A stretch of 64,000 nt of DNA from an uncultured delta proteobacterium (GCA_963762595.1 CAVXLI010000032.1:9951-73950); one strand, 5' to 3'; positions 32,830 through 44,732 are shown, numbered from the stretch's first letter. The notes: a model not told the origin generated them from the letters alone. A program made the numbers and translations.

Positions 32830-32987
32830 GACTAACCTCCAATTCAAAAAAGCTGTTTAGCCTGAAGACTGAAGGCGGTAAATTGCCATTTACAAAATAC
32901 TATTACTCACGATTCTCATCTAAAAGCCTTCAGCCTTTAGTCTATAATGCTATTTAAATACATTTTTTATAATCGATTTACAAGAAT

Positions 32988-33020
32988 AAAAAAAGGCAGG
33001 ATTTTGTTCCTGCCTTTTTT
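32988..33020. terminator. bidirectional intrinsic terminator ending the alpha operon
   Basis: An A-run, GGCAGGA, the loop ttttgt, TCCTGCC and a T-run, 24 nt downstream of the rplQ stop. Confidence 0.7.
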
Positions 33021-33043
33021 GTTATTTTCTAACATAGGATTAT

Positions 33044-33572
33044 CTATTCAGCTGATTTTTCTTTTTCTTCTTTTTTCGCCTTCGCTGTTGTTTTAACTTT
33101 TGCCTTAGCTTTCGTTGCTTTTTCTTTCTTTTTCTCCTCAGGAATAGATTCTAAAGCTGATTTATCTTTCTCTTTTGCTTTACCTTTTGCCTTAGGTTTT
33201 GCTTTTTCTTTCTTTTTCTCCTCAGGAATAAATTCCAGAATGGAAACAGGCGCATTATCGCCAAAACGGTATCCCACCTTGATTATCCTCGTATATCCTC
33301 CTGCACGATTACGGTACCGTTCAGTAAGCTCACCAAATAGTTTACTTACCATGTCTTTATCTCTGACAACAGCCAGAGCCTGACGCCGCGCATGCAAACT
33401 ACCTTTTTTGCCCAAGGTAATCATTTTTTCCGCCAGCTTTCTCACTTCTTTCGCCTTTGAATCCGTCGTGCGAATACGTTCATGTTTATAACGGAAGTTA
33501 CCATATTACGAAACATGGCTTCCTTATGGCTGGAAGTTCTTCCCAGTTTTCTGCCCGCTTTACCATGATACA
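33044..33572 (-). CDS. rplQ: 50S ribosomal protein L17 with Lys/Glu-rich C-terminal extension, one frame break
   Basis: [24 protein letters not shown] joins ORF 33044..33445 ([24 protein letters not shown], then the KE-rich tail). The span is 3n+1. Confidence 0.9.
33117..33230. repeat. 30-bp perfect direct repeat, 84 bp apart, inside the rplQ tail
   Basis: gctttttctttctttttctcctcaggaata occurs at 33117..33146 and 33201..33230. It encodes the duplicated [10 protein letters not shown]. Confidence 0.9.
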
Positions 33573-33627
33573 TTGCTAATATTTTCCTTTCCTAACAATC
33601 AAATCACAATATATTTAGTATCTTATG

Positions 33628-34619
33628 CTACTGGTCTTTTTCTTCCCACTGATTGAGATCAAGATTCATCCCAAAAGTTAAATCATATTCACCAAGAATA
33701 TCTTTGATTTCGCTCAATGATTTACGGCCAAAATTCTTTGTTTTGAGCATTTCCGCTTCTGTCTTTTTCACTAATTCTCCAATTGTGTTTATTCCGGCAT
33801 TTTTCAAACAATTAGCTGAACGGACAGAAAGCTCCAAATCTTCTACTGACCGTAACAAAACTTTGTTTATATCTCCTTTTTCATCTTCTTTTTCCGGTCT
33901 GAATTTCTTCTTCAACTTCTTCGAAATTAATAAATACATCTAATTGCTGTTTCAATATTTTTGCGGAATAAGCAATCGCATCTTCAGGTTTTACACTGCC
34001 GTCAGTCCATACTTCCAGAATAAGTTTGTCATAATCGGCAATTTGACCGACACGCGCGTGAGAAACAACATAATTTACTTTTTTAATCGGTGAAAAAATG
34101 GCATCAATATTAATTGTTCCCTTCAGGCTGATCAGGTTCAAGTTCTTTTTTCGCCGGAAGGTATCCTTTACCCATCTTAACCATCAATTTTGCCTTAAAA
34201 GATCCTTACCGGATACAGTGGCAATATGATGTTCGGGATTCAAAACTTCAATTGTACCATCCGTAATAATATCGGCTGCTGTAATCTGCTCCGGCATGAT
34301 CTACATCAATGCTTACTTCTTTTGTGTTCGCTTGTCCCAATTTAAAGCGAACACCTTTTAAGTTCAAAATAATATCGGTTATATCTTCTTTAACTCCGGG
34401 AAGAGTTGAAAATTCATGCAATACACCATCAATTTTTACTGAAACAATGGCAGCTCCCTGAATTGAAGAAAGCAACACTCTTCTCAACGCGTTACCTAAT
34501 GTTATACCAAAACCTCTTTCCAAAGGCTGAATGGTAAATTCTCCATAGAAACTCGTATGCGTCGCTTCATCAACATCAATACGCTTGGGACGAATCAAAC
34601 TTGACCAGTTCCTCTGCAT
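33628..34619 (-). CDS. rpoA: DNA-directed RNA polymerase subunit alpha, two frame breaks
   Basis: ORFs 34248..34631 (from [14 protein letters not shown]...[11 protein letters not shown]), 33881..34141 and 33628..33939 (the C-terminal domain, [22 protein letters not shown]). Confidence 0.9.
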
Positions 34620-34663
34620 AATTAAACCCATCCTTTATAGCTGGTTTATAAAAATAGTTTATT

Positions 34664-35294
34664 TTACTTCGAATAAAGTTCTACAACAAGTTGTTCCTGC
34701 ACCGGCATGGTTAAATCTTCCCGCACCGGCAGCATTTTAATGGAGGCCTTGAAGTTATCTTTATCCAATTCCAGCCAATGAGGCACACCGCGTCTGACCA
34801 CAGTTTCCATTGCTCCCATTATCCGCGTTATCTTACGGCTGCCTTCTTTAACGCAAACTTCATCTCCTGCTTTAAGCAAATATGATGGAATATTAACTGG
34901 CTTTGCCGTTAACTAAAAAATGGCTATGGCTGATTAATTGCCTTGCTTCGACTCTGGAATTCGCAAATCCCATACGAAAAATCATGTTATCCAGTCTTCT
35001 TTCCAGAAACACAAGCAAATTTGTGCCCGTAATGCCTTTTTGCTGATCGGCCTTTTCAAAATATCCTCTGAACTGCTTTTCCAAAAGCCCATACATTCTT
35101 TTGAGCTTTTGCTTTTCCCGCAATTGAACACCATAATCAGAATGCTGTTTTTTATGCGCCTGACCATGATCTCCCGGAGCATAACCCCTTCTTTCGAAGG
35201 AACATTTTTCCGAATAGCATCTGTCGCCTTTAAGAAAAAGTTTTAATCCTTCACGGCGACACAACCTACATGAGGAATCTGTATATCTTGCCAA
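34664..35294 (-). CDS. rpsD: 30S ribosomal protein S4, one frame break
   Basis: ORF 34893..35294 ([16 protein letters not shown]) and ORF 34664..34879. The span is 3n+1. Confidence 0.9.
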
Positions 35295-35339
35295 AAAAGC
35301 CTCCCTTATTTTCTAATTATTATTCTTAATTTACATTCT

Positions 35340-35732
35340 TTATACTCTGCGACGCTTCGGCGGTCTGCATCCGTTATGCGGAACAGGCGTCACATCGCGA
35401 ATCATGGTAATCGTAAGACCGGCAAGCTGCAATGATCGCAGTGCCGATTCTCTTCCCGCGCCGGGACCTTTTATATAAACTTGCACTTTGCGCATTCCCT
35501 GTTCTTTGGCTTTGCGCACAACATCTTCCGCGGCCATCTGCGCGGCAAAAGGAGTGCTTTTGCGCGAACCCTTAAAACCCTGCAAACCGGATGACGACCA
35601 CGCAATTACATTACCGCTCAAATCAGTTATTGTAACAATTGTATTATTAAAAGTGGATTGAATATGTGCAATCCCTTCGGTAATATTTTTCTTTTCTTTT
35701 TTCTTGCCAGTTTTTCTGACTGCCTTAACCAT
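35340..35732 (-). CDS. rpsK: 30S ribosomal protein S11
   Basis: Intact 130-aa ORF ending [13 protein letters not shown]. Confidence 0.95.
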   Translation of the reverse strand: MVKAVRKTGKKKEKKNITEGIAHIQSTFNNTIVTITDLSGNVIAWSSSGLQGFKGSRKSTPFAAQMAAEDVVRKAKEQGMRKVQVYIKGPGAGRESALRSLQLAGLTITMIRDVTPVPHNGCRPPKRRRV

Positions 35733-35759
35733 TTTTCCTCCAGTTCAGGAATAATTAAA

Positions 35760-36129
35760 TTACTTTTTCTTGCCTGCGATAGCCCGCCGCGGACCTTTTC
35801 TCGTGCGGCTATTCGTATGCGTTCTCTGTCCTCTTACAGGAAGTCCCTTACGATGCCGCAAACCACGATAAGCGCCAATATCCATCAAACGTTTGATAGA
35901 CATGGATATATCACGTGCGCAGATCGCCTTCAACCTTATGATCTTTATCAATTATATTTCTAATTGCTGATATTTCCGAATCGGCCAGATCATCTGTTCT
36001 TGTATCCGGACTGACACCCGCATCTTTCAGGATTTGCTTCGCCTTAGTCTGACCAATACCATAAATATAAGTTAAAGCAACTTCCATTCTTTTATTTTTC
36101 GGTAAATCAACACCTGAAATTCGTGCCAC
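35760..36129 (-). CDS. rpsM: 30S ribosomal protein S13, one frame break
   Basis: ORF 35911..36129 ([14 protein letters not shown]) and ORF 35760..35951 ([18 protein letters not shown]). Confidence 0.9.
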
Positions 36130-36153
36130 CTATAACCTCCTGAATATTAAAAA

Positions 36154-36267
36154 CTAACCCTGACGTTGTTTATGCTTGGGATTTTCACAAATTACCCGCA
36201 AAACACCTTTGCGTTTGACAATCTTGCATTTCTCACATATTTTTTTCACCGACGATCTTACTTTCAC
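36154..36267 (-). CDS. rpmJ: 50S ribosomal protein L36
   Basis: My own translation from a GTG start gives [37 protein letters not shown] and a stop. It is too short for the ORF track. Confidence 0.9.
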   Translation of the reverse strand: MKVRSSVKKICEKCKIVKRKGVLRVICENPKHKQRQG

Positions 36268-36301
36268 GATTTTAACTCCTTATTCTCAGTAAAAAATATT
36301 T

Positions 36302-36520
36302 TTACTTCGTCCTGTAAGTAATTCTGCCCCGGGTTAAATCATAAGGCGAAAGCTCTACCGTCACTTTATCCCCCGGCAGTATCTTGATAAAATGCATGCG
36401 CATCTTACCGGATATGTGAGCTAAAACCTTATGCCCATTGTCCAGTTCCACCCGAAACATGGCATTGGGCAGCGGCTCAATAACCCGACCTTCAACTTCT
36501 ATTGCTTCCTCTTTGGCCAT
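36302..36520 (-). CDS. infA: translation initiation factor IF-1
   Basis: Intact 72-aa ORF: [41 protein letters not shown]. Confidence 0.95.
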   Translation of the reverse strand: MAKEEAIEVEGRVIEPLPNAMFRVELDNGHKVLAHISGKMRMHFIKILPGDKVTVELSPYDLTRGRITYRTK

Positions 36521-36575
36521 ACATTTATTTTCTATATTCTAGTTTAAAACTTTACCGGTTTAATCAATCGAAAAA

Positions 36576-37329
36576 TTAATTCAATTTACTTAATATGTCC
36601 GGTCCATTATCAGTAATTGCCACCGAGTGCTCAAAATGAGCCGATAAACTTCCATCTTCCGTAACCACCGTCCAACCGTCCGGCAATATCTTTACCTTGT
36701 ATTCTCCCTCATTGACCATCGGCTCAATGGCCAGAATCATACCCTCTTTTAAGTTCAATCCCGCGTCCTTTTTTCCCGAAATTGGGAATCTGCGGGTCTT
36801 CATGCAGATTTTTGCCTATCCCATGACCAACAAAATCTCTAACAACCGAAAAACCGGCATCTTCCACCATGTTCCTGCACAGCGGCCGATATATCACCCA
36901 GCCTGTTACCTTCTCTGGCTTGCTCTATACCTGCATATAAACTCTGCTCGGTAACCTGCATAAGCTTTGAGGCTTTTTCGGCTAACTTTACCAACCGGCA
37001 GCGTTATGGTTGAATCACCAAAAAAGCCCTGATAATAAACACCAAAATCCAAGCCTGACAATATCGCCTTCTTTCAATACCCGCTTCGAAGGCATTCCAT
37101 GAACAACTTCTTCATTTATCGATATGCAAAGAGAATGCGGATAACCTCGATAACCTTTAAATGCCGGTTTTGCTCCTCTTTTTTCCGCAATCTCCTCAGC
37201 AAATTTATCCAGATCCTTTGTTCTTACACCAGGTTTTACTTTTTCTCTGAGCCTACTTAAAACCTCTGCAACGATACGGTTACTTGCTCTTGCTTTTTCA
37301 ATTTCATCCGGAAGCTTCAGAATTACCAT
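36576..37329 (-). CDS. map: type I methionine aminopeptidase, frame broken
   Basis: ORF 37015..37329 gives the N-terminus with [12 protein letters not shown] 36576..36803 gives the C-terminus with AIEPMVNEG and SAHFEHSV. The span is 3n+1. Confidence 0.85.
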
Positions 37330-37355
37330 TAGCCATAACCTTGGAAAATCTTCCG

Positions 37356-38664
37356 TTATCTCCTGCGGGCAATATGTCCCTTTTTCATAAATCCTTCGTA
37401 TTGCCTTGTCAGTAAATGTGATTCAATCTGACTTGCCGTATCCATAGCCACACCGACAACAATCAAAAGCGCCGTGCCGCCAAAATAAAAAGGAACATTT
37501 AATTGAGCAATTAAAACACTGGGCAGTACACAAATTATGGAAACGTAAATAGCCCCGCTGAAAGTCAGTTTTTCCAATACATTTTCAATATATTCGGCGG
37601 TTTTCTTTCCCGGTCTTATTCCCGGAACATAACCGCCAAATTTTTTCATATTTTCGGCAACATCATCAGGCTTAAAAGTAACTGCCGTATAAAAGAAACA
37701 AAAGAAAAAGATAAAAGCTACATAAAGCATTTCATAACCAATCTTGCCCGGAACTAAATAACCGGCAATATCTTTCATCCAGCCTTGCGGCGCAAAATTA
37801 GCAATGGTTGCCGGAAACATGATCACCGAAGAAGCAAAAATCGGAGGAATAACACCTGATGAATTTATCTTCAGAGGTAAATGCGTGGTCTGTCCACCAT
37901 ACATTTTACGTCCCACTATTCTTTTGGCATATTGCACTGGAATGCGACGTTGCCCGCCTTCCACAAAAACGATCGCGCCAATCACCGCTATCATCAATAC
38001 AGTAATTAACAAAATAACCAGTACACCCAGTTCACCGGCAGTCACCAATCTGATATGTATTGCCAATTGCCGCCGGTATGCGACAAACAATACCGGCAAA
38101 AATTATCAGCGATATACCGTTGCCAATTCCTTTTTCCGTAATCATTTCACCCAGCCACATAATAAATGCCGTACCGGAGGTCAAGGTGATCATCGTCATG
38201 AGAATAAACGCCAATCCCGGCTGTAAAACAATCGGAGCACCTGAAGGGCCGGCCATTTGTTGCAAACCGAAAGCAATACCAAAACCCTGAATCATACTTA
38301 AAAGAACTGTGCCGTAACGGGTATATTGCGTAATTTTACGCCGTCCCGTTTCACCTTCTTTGGAAAGCCTTTCCAAATGAGGCACGGCAACAGTCAATAA
38401 CTGTAGAATAATCGAAGAACTGATATAGGGCATAATGCCCAGAGCGAAAATGGAAAAATTACTAAAAGCACCACCGGCAAACATGTCCATCAGACCGAAT
38501 AAAGATCCTTTGGCATGCTCAAAATAAGCCAACAGAGCTACATTATCAATTCCCGGTGTTGGAATGTATACACCAATCCGATAAACAGCTAAAAGAAGGA
38601 TCGTAAATAAAATCCTTCTTTGCAATTCCGGAATTTTGGATACGCTGCCCAGTCCTTCTAACAA
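37356..38664 (-). CDS. secY: preprotein translocase subunit SecY, one frame break
   Basis: ORFs 38032..38664 and 37356..38099 overlap in different frames. Motifs include LGIMPYISSSIILQLL and GGYVPGIRPGKKT. The span is 3n+1. Confidence 0.9.
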
Positions 38665-38705
38665 ATTATATTACCTCTTCTATGGAACCGCCGGCGGCGG
38701 TAATT

Positions 38706-39114
38706 TTATTGTTTCGCCGCTTGACTGATTTTAGCTATCTTTACAGTAACCGGAAAATCAATTTCGCCCTTGGCCAGAATTTTAATGCCATTACCCTTTT
38801 TCTTCACAATACCGCTAGCCAAAAGAGCCGTTTCATCAATAACTGCGCCTTTTCTGAATTTACGGCATAAATCCATAAGATTTACGGCAACAAATTTTTC
38901 TCTGAAACGGATTGCGGAAACCTCGTTTAGGTAATCTCCGGGACATCGGCATTTGTCCACCTTCAAAACCAACTCGCACCTTTCCGCCGGAACGAGCCTT
39001 TTGTCCCTTATGACCTTTGCCGGATGTTCCACCCTGACCGGAAGCATCACCGCGACCAACTCGTTTTCTTTTTTTTGTCGCACCGGCCGGAGCTTTAAGC
39101 GAACTCAAATCCAT
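38706..39114 (-). CDS. rplO: 50S ribosomal protein L15, one frame break
   Basis: ORF 38860..39114 ([27 protein letters not shown]) and the tail of ORF 38706..39083. Confidence 0.9.
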
Positions 39115-39117
39115 AAT

Positions 39118-39306
39118 CTACTCCTTTGACTCTTCCACAGAAACTAAATGAATAACTTTATTTATCATACCGCGGATCTGCGGAGTGTCAGCTAAAGTTA
39201 CAGTGTTATTTAATTTATTCAGCCCCATGCCGCGCAAAATTTTTCTTTGTTTTTCGGGACGGCCGATTTCACTTTTCACCATTTTAATTTTTAACATTTT
39301 GCCCAC
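39118..39306 (-). CDS. rpmD: 50S ribosomal protein L30
   Basis: Intact 62-aa ORF in the expected position. Confidence 0.9.
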   Translation of the reverse strand: MGKMLKIKMVKSEIGRPEKQRKILRGMGLNKLNNTVTLADTPQIRGMINKVIHLVSVEESKE

Positions 39307-39338
39307 TTTAAGCTACCTCATCGTATAATTGATCAGAA

Positions 39339-39837
39339 TTACTTGCCTCTCTGCGCGGCAATTTCCTCCGGATCTTTCAACTGACAAAGACCCTCTAGAG
39401 TGGCTTTGACCAAATTATGCGGATTATGAGAACCCAGACATTTCGTCAAAATATTATGAACACCGGCAACTTCCAGAACCGCTCTTACAGCGCCGCCGGC
39501 AATCAAACCTGTTCCTTCAGATGCCGGTTTTAACAATACCTTACCCGCGCCGTAACGTGCCGATGACTTCGTAAGGAATCGTTTTATTGACAATGGCAAC
39601 TTTCACCATATTTTTCTTGGCCATGTCCATGCCCTTGCGGATAGCTTCCGGCACTTCATGCGCTTTACCCAAACCCGCTCCGATCATTCCCTTGCCGTCA
39701 CCAACAACAACAATGGCGCTAAAACGAAACCGCCTGCCTCCCTTGACTACTTTTGCCGTTCGGTTAATGGCAACAACCCGGTCCAGGAGCTCCACATCTT
39801 TCATTTCTTTTTTATCCAACGATTCTTCCCTTATCAT
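39339..39837 (-). CDS. rpsE: 30S ribosomal protein S5, one frame break
   Basis: It runs from MIREES in ORF 39541..39939 ([25 protein letters not shown]) to ORF 39339..39599. Confidence 0.9.
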
Positions 39838-39859
39838 AAGTTTTATGTAATAAGTTAAA

Positions 39860-40226
39860 TTAAAATTTAAGACCATTTTCCCGCGCAGCATCGGCCAATG
39901 CTTTAACGCGGCCATGATAGAGAAATCTTCCTCTATCAAAAACTACTTTATCTACTCCTATAGGCTTTTAAACGTTCCGCAATTAATTTTCCCACTTCCT
40001 TCGCCACATCCACTTTCTTCTTGCCTTTGATTTTTTTAGCTAATTCTTTGCACAAAGTAGATGCTGTTGCCAAAGTAGTCGCCTGAGCATCATTAATCGC
40101 TTGAACATAAATATGTTTATCACTCCGGAATACGGAAAGACGAGGCCTTTCCTGAGTTCCCGTAATTTTGCCCCTTACTCTTTTTTCTCTTTTTTCTCTT
40201 ATTTTTAATGTCTTTTTGGAAGCCAA
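39860..40226 (-). CDS. rplR: 50S ribosomal protein L18, one frame break, TTG start
   Basis: ORF 39948..40226 joins the tail [30 protein letters not shown] in another frame. Confidence 0.9.
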
Positions 40227-40238
40227 TGTTCTACCTCT

Positions 40239-40816
40239 TTAACGGCAATATAAAATTTTTACTTTAATTAAGCACGCTGCCGACTTACCGGCTTTACGCT
40301 TAATATATTCACCAACATACTTAATGCCTTTGCCTTTGTAAGGCTCCGGCTTTTTCAACGCCCTGATTTCCGCGGCTACCCGGCCAACCAATTCTTTATC
40401 AATACCGGAAACAACTATATTAACTTGTTTATCCACTTTAACATCTATTCCTTTGGGAATATTGTATTGTACCGGACTGGAAAAACCTAAAACCAATTTC
40501 AAACTTGTTATCCAGCTTACTTCGGCACGATAACCAACTCCGGATATTTCCAATCTTTTTTCAAAACCAGTGCTGACACCCTTTACCATATTGTCTGATT
40601 AAGGTTCTGGCTAAACCATGATAGGACCGGACAAGCTATCTCATCTGATTTTCTTTCGACGACCAGATTACCGTCAGCTAATTGACCATCGTAATTCCTT
40701 CCGGCAATTTCGAAGATAAGAGTCCCTTTGGGTCCTTCCACTTTAACCATACCGGCACTTTGGCTGATTTTAACATTTTTCGGAAAAGTTATCGGTTTTT
40801 TACCTATTCTCGACAT
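40239..40816 (-). CDS. rplF: 50S ribosomal protein L6, one frame break, C-terminal end uncertain
   Basis: ORF 40583..40822 (MSRIGKKPI) and ORF 40239..40589. Confidence 0.85.
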
Positions 40817-40851
40817 GAACAAGCACTCCTGCTTAATATCATTTATTCAAA

Positions 40852-41253
40852 TTACCAAACTTTACAAAGAATTTCTCCGCCAACATTCAATTCTCTGGCT
40901 TCCGATCTGTAATGACACCCTGGGAAGTCGAAAGAATAGAAATTCCAAAACCATTGAAAACTTTAGGAATGCTGTCAGAGGCCACATAAACTCTGCGTCC
41001 CGGTTTGCTGACTCTTTTAATATCGGTAATCACCGTACGTTTGGCATCAGGATATTTAAGAATTATTTTCAGCATCTGCTGCCCTTTTTCATTTTTTACA
41101 TTATCATAGTTATTGATATATCCTGCCTTCTTCAACACTTTGGCAATATTAATATTCATCTGGGACATATAAACATTGACACGTTTTGAAACGAGCCTTA
41201 TTCGCATTTCTAATTCTGGTTAGCATATCGGCAATAGGATCAGTCATCCCCAT
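40852..41253 (-). CDS. rpsH: 30S ribosomal protein S8, frame breaks at both ends
   Basis: M(GM)TDPIADMLTRIRNA, then ORF 40887..41207, then the tail RELNVGGEILCKVW in another frame. Confidence 0.85.
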
Positions 41254-41275
41254 GCTTTTTCTCCTTAAACTAAAA

Positions 41276-41462
41276 TTACCAACTCGATTTTATTACCCCG
41301 GGAAGTTCTCCCTGTAAGGAAAGTTTCCGCAAACAAATTCTGCACATATCAAATTTTCTGTAATACGCTCGCGGCCGGCCGCAAAGCGGGCAGCGGTTAT
41401 ATTCTCTGACCGAAAATTTCATTTTCTCTTTTCGCTTTTGCAATTAATGACTTTTTTGCCAC
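41276..41462 (-). CDS. rpsZ: 30S ribosomal protein S14 type Z (zinc-binding), one inserted G
   Basis: With a GTG start, removing one G gives [60 protein letters not shown]. Confidence 0.85.
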
Positions 41463-41488
41463 GCCAAATTCCTCCGGAGCTTCCTCAT

Positions 41489-42028
41489 TTAATTCTTAAA
41501 AGGCACACCCATCAGTTTCAGCAAAACCCTGGCTTCCTCATCGGTTTTTGCCGTAGTCACAATGGTAATATTCATTCCTTTGATTTTTTCCACTTTATCG
41601 TATTCAATTTCCGGGAAAATTATTTGTTCCTGCAAACCAATGGAAAAATTTCCCCTGCCGTCAAACGCATTGGGCGATATACCGCGAAAATCTCTTACCT
41701 TGGGCAGAGCAACATTAACCAAACGATCAAAAAATTCATACATGATTTCTTTTCTTAAGGTAACCGAACAACCAATCGGCATTCCCTGTCTTAGTTTAAA
41801 CGTCGCTATGGATTTCTTTGCCTTGTTTACTACCGGTTTTTGTCCGGTAATCATCGCCAGTTCCTGCACGGCGCCATCAATAATTTTTACATTTTGAATG
41901 GCTTCGCCAAGACCCATATTGATGACAATCTTTTCCATCTTGGGCACTTGCATCGGATTTTTGTAATTAAATTCTTTAATCAGAGCCGGAACTACTTTTT
42001 TTAAATAATATTCTTTTAATCTTGCCAT
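41489..42028 (-). CDS. rplE: 50S ribosomal protein L5
   Basis: Intact 179-aa ORF. Confidence 0.95.
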   Translation of the reverse strand: MARLKEYYLKKVVPALIKEFNYKNPMQVPKMEKIVINMGLGEAIQNVKIIDGAVQELAMITGQKPVVNKAKKSIATFKLRQGMPIGCSVTLRKEIMYEFFDRLVNVALPKVRDFRGISPNAFDGRGNFSIGLQEQIIFPEIEYDKVEKIKGMNITIVTTAKTDEEARVLLKLMGVPFKN

Positions 42029-42034
42029 TTTCTC

Positions 42035-42361
42035 TTAACCCACATTGATTACGTCATTGCATTTGCTGCAGATGCGTACCTTCTTGCCATCTTCGAGGAT
42101 CTTATTTCTTATCCTGACGGCTTGTGTTGCATTTATTACAGAACAATGCCGACTTTGGAAATATGAATTGACCCTTCTTTTTCCACGACACCACCCTTGG
42201 TTTTTTGATCCGGTCTTTTATGCTTCTTAATCATATTAACTTTTTCTATTACTATTCTGTCTTTTTCGGGAATAACCGTTCAGTATCTTACCGGTCTTTC
42301 CCTTATCTTTACCGGCAAGAACTTTAACCATATCCCCTTTTCTCAATTTGCTTAAACTCAT
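42035..42361 (-). CDS. rplX: 50S ribosomal protein L24, frame broken
   Basis: MSLSKLRKGDMVKVLAGKDKGKTGKIL ... tail KVRICSKCNDVINVG. It sits between rplN and rplE. Confidence 0.8.
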
Positions 42362-42383
42362 TTTTTCCCTCTGCGAAACATTT

Positions 42384-42752
42384 TTACAAAACTTCTGGAG
42401 CCAGAGATATAATTTTCATAAACTGTTTCGCTCTCAATTCACGGGCAACAGGTCCAAAAATTCTTGTTCCAATTGGTTCCATCTGATTGGAAATTAAAAC
42501 AGCCGAGTTGTCATCAAACTTCAGATAAGAACCATCCGGCCTTTTCACTTCTTTTACGGTGCGCACGATGACCGCTTTCATCACATCGCCTTTTTTTACC
42601 TTGGAATTCGGAATCGCTTCTTTTACGGAAACGACAATAACATCCCCCAAACTGGCATAACGCCGCTTCGATCCACCAAGCACTTTAATGCAAGCAACCT
42701 TCTTGGCGCCGGAATTATCCGCAACATTTAGTATGGTCTGCATCTGAATCAT
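42384..42752 (-). CDS. rplN: 50S ribosomal protein L14
   Basis: Intact 122-aa ORF beginning [18 protein letters not shown]. Confidence 0.95.
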   Translation of the reverse strand: MIQMQTILNVADNSGAKKVACIKVLGGSKRRYASLGDVIVVSVKEAIPNSKVKKGDVMKAVIVRTVKEVKRPDGSYLKFDDNSAVLISNQMEPIGTRIFGPVARELRAKQFMKIISLAPEVL

Positions 42753-42797
42753 AAAAAAACCCCATCAAACTGACTTGCTTGATGCAAGTCAATCATT

Positions 42798-43055
42798 CTA
42801 TTTTGCCTTCTCCAGAATTTCCAGCATCCGCCAGCGTTTTTCTTTACTCAACGGCCGCGCCTCAATAATCAAAACGGTATCTCCGACCTTACACTGATTT
42901 TGCTCATCATGGGCCTTGTATTTCATATGTTTGCGCACATATTTATGAAAAACAGAATGCTTTACCAAACGTTCGGCTTTTACCACGATTGTTTTATCCA
43001 TCTTATCGCTTATAACTACGCCCTTAATCGTGCGCTTATTTCCTCTCTCAGCCAT
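42798..43055 (-). CDS. rpsQ: 30S ribosomal protein S17
   Basis: Intact 85-aa ORF. Confidence 0.95.
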   Translation of the reverse strand: MAERGNKRTIKGVVISDKMDKTIVVKAERLVKHSVFHKYVRKHMKYKAHDEQNQCKVGDTVLIIEARPLSKEKRWRMLEILEKAK

Positions 43056-43056
43056 G

Positions 43057-43252
43057 TTAACTTGCAGCCTCCTTTTCCTTCAGCACCGTTTTGATACGGG
43101 CAATATCCTTACGGAAGCGTCCCCAGCATTGCTGTTGATTCCAATTGTCCCGATGCATGCCGAATCCTCAATCGAAAAAGTTCTTCTACTAATTCACTAT
43201 TTTTTTGTTTGAGCTCGTTAATTCCGAGATCTCTGATTTCTTTAATTTTCAT
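43057..43252 (-). CDS. rpmC: 50S ribosomal protein L29, one frame break
   Basis: [17 protein letters not shown]...[13 protein letters not shown] from my own translation. The span is 3n+1. Confidence 0.8.
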
Positions 43253-43664
43253 CAGATATCTCCCTTGCTAAAAACTTTGTTGCAATAGATAATTTATGCG
43301 CTGCCAGACGAAATGCTTCTTTAGCTACTTCTCTGGTTACACCTTCCATTTCATAGAGAACCGAGCCGGGTTTAACTACGGCTACCCATCCTTCGGGAGC
43401 GCCTTTTCCTTTACCCATACGGGTTTCAGCAGGCTTCTTCGTGACTGATTTATGAGGAAATACCCTGATCCAAATCTTACCACCGCGCTTGACATGACGA
43501 GTCATCGCAACACGCGCCGCTTCAATTTGTCTGGCAGTAATCCAGCCGCATTCTGCCGCCTGCAATCCATATTCACCAAAAGCAATCGAACTTCCTCTTG
43601 TTGCTTTGCCTCCCATGCGGCCTTTTTGCAACTTTCTATATTTTACCCTTTTCGGCATTAACAT
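43242..43664 (-). CDS. rplP: 50S ribosomal protein L16
   Basis: Intact 140-aa ORF. Confidence 0.95.
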   Translation of the reverse strand: MLMPKRVKYRKLQKGRMGGKATRGSSIAFGEYGLQAAECGWITARQIEAARVAMTRHVKRGGKIWIRVFPHKSVTKKPAETRMGKGKGAPEGWVAVVKPGSVLYEMEGVTREVAKEAFRLAAHKLSIATKFLAREISDEN

Positions 43665-43741
43665 AATCTAAAACTCCCGTTAGTCCTTACAACTATTTTC
43701 CTTACTCAATATAATGCCGGATAAATAATCCGGCAAGATAC

Positions 43742-44386
43742 TTATTGTTTTTCATTCTTCGTCGGTAATACTTCTCCGTGGAAAATAAAAACTTTAACTC
43801 CGATCAATCCGTAAGCCGTATGGGCTTCAATAAAACCATAATCAATATCGGCCCGCAGAGTATGCAGAGGCACTCGACCTTCCCGATACCATTCCGATCG
43901 CGACATTTCAGCGCCGCCAAGTCTTCCGGAACAGGTAATTTTAATTCCTTTGGCTCCAAATTTCAGAGCATAACCGACACATTTTTTCATTGCTCGACGA
44001 AAAGCCACTCTTCTTTCCAATTGCATGGCAACATTTTCAGCAACCAGTTGGGCATCTACTTCCGGTTTACGTACTTCTAAAATATTTATTATAATTTCTG
44101 CTTGCGAAAATTTTTCTATTTCCGCTTTCAGCTTTTCTATTTCCGAGCCTTTTTTACCGATAATCACACCGGGCCTAGCCGAGTAAATATTTACCTTGGC
44201 TTTATTGGCTGCTCGTTCAATTTCAATTTTGGAAATACCGGCATGATAAAGCTTCTTCTTGAGGTATTTTCTGATCTGTAAATCCTCATGCAGCATTTCG
44301 CTGTAATTTTTATCGGCAAACCATACTGATTGCCACTTTTTAATGTAGCCTAATCGTAATCCTACCGGGTTAACCTTCTGACCCAA
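43742..44386 (-). CDS. rpsC: 30S ribosomal protein S3
   Basis: Intact 214-aa ORF beginning [13 protein letters not shown]. Confidence 0.95.
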   Translation of the reverse strand: MGQKVNPVGLRLGYIKKWQSVWFADKNYSEMLHEDLQIRKYLKKKLYHAGISKIEIERAANKAKVNIYSARPGVIIGKKGSEIEKLKAEIEKFSQAEIIINILEVRKPEVDAQLVAENVAMQLERRVAFRRAMKKCVGYALKFGAKGIKITCSGRLGGAEMSRSEWYREGRVPLHTLRADIDYGFIEAHTAYGLIGVKVFIFHGEVLPTKNEKQ

Positions 44387-44398
44387 TATCGTACCTCC

Positions 44399-44732
44399 TT
44401 ACATTTCATCCAAAACAACTGTAATATGTGAAGTTCTTTTCTTAATTCCTGCCGCTCTTCCCTGAGCTCTTGCTCGCCATCGTTTTAATGCCGGCCCCTG
44501 ATCCACAAATATTTCTTTAACGTAAAGAATATTTTCGTCAATATTAGGATTCTGGGCAGCATTGGCAACAGCTGATTTCAGCACCTTGGCAACAATACCT
44601 GCCGCATATTTTCTGGTGTAAAGAAGGATATTATCGTGCTTCCTGCACCTTCTTCCCTCTTACCAGATCAACCACCAGCCTGACTTTCTGCGGCGACATT
44701 CTTATATATTTTGCAACTGCTTTTGCTTCCAT
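44399..44732 (-). CDS. rplV: 50S ribosomal protein L22, one frame break
   Basis: [23 protein letters not shown] joins ORF 44399..44584. Confidence 0.9.
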
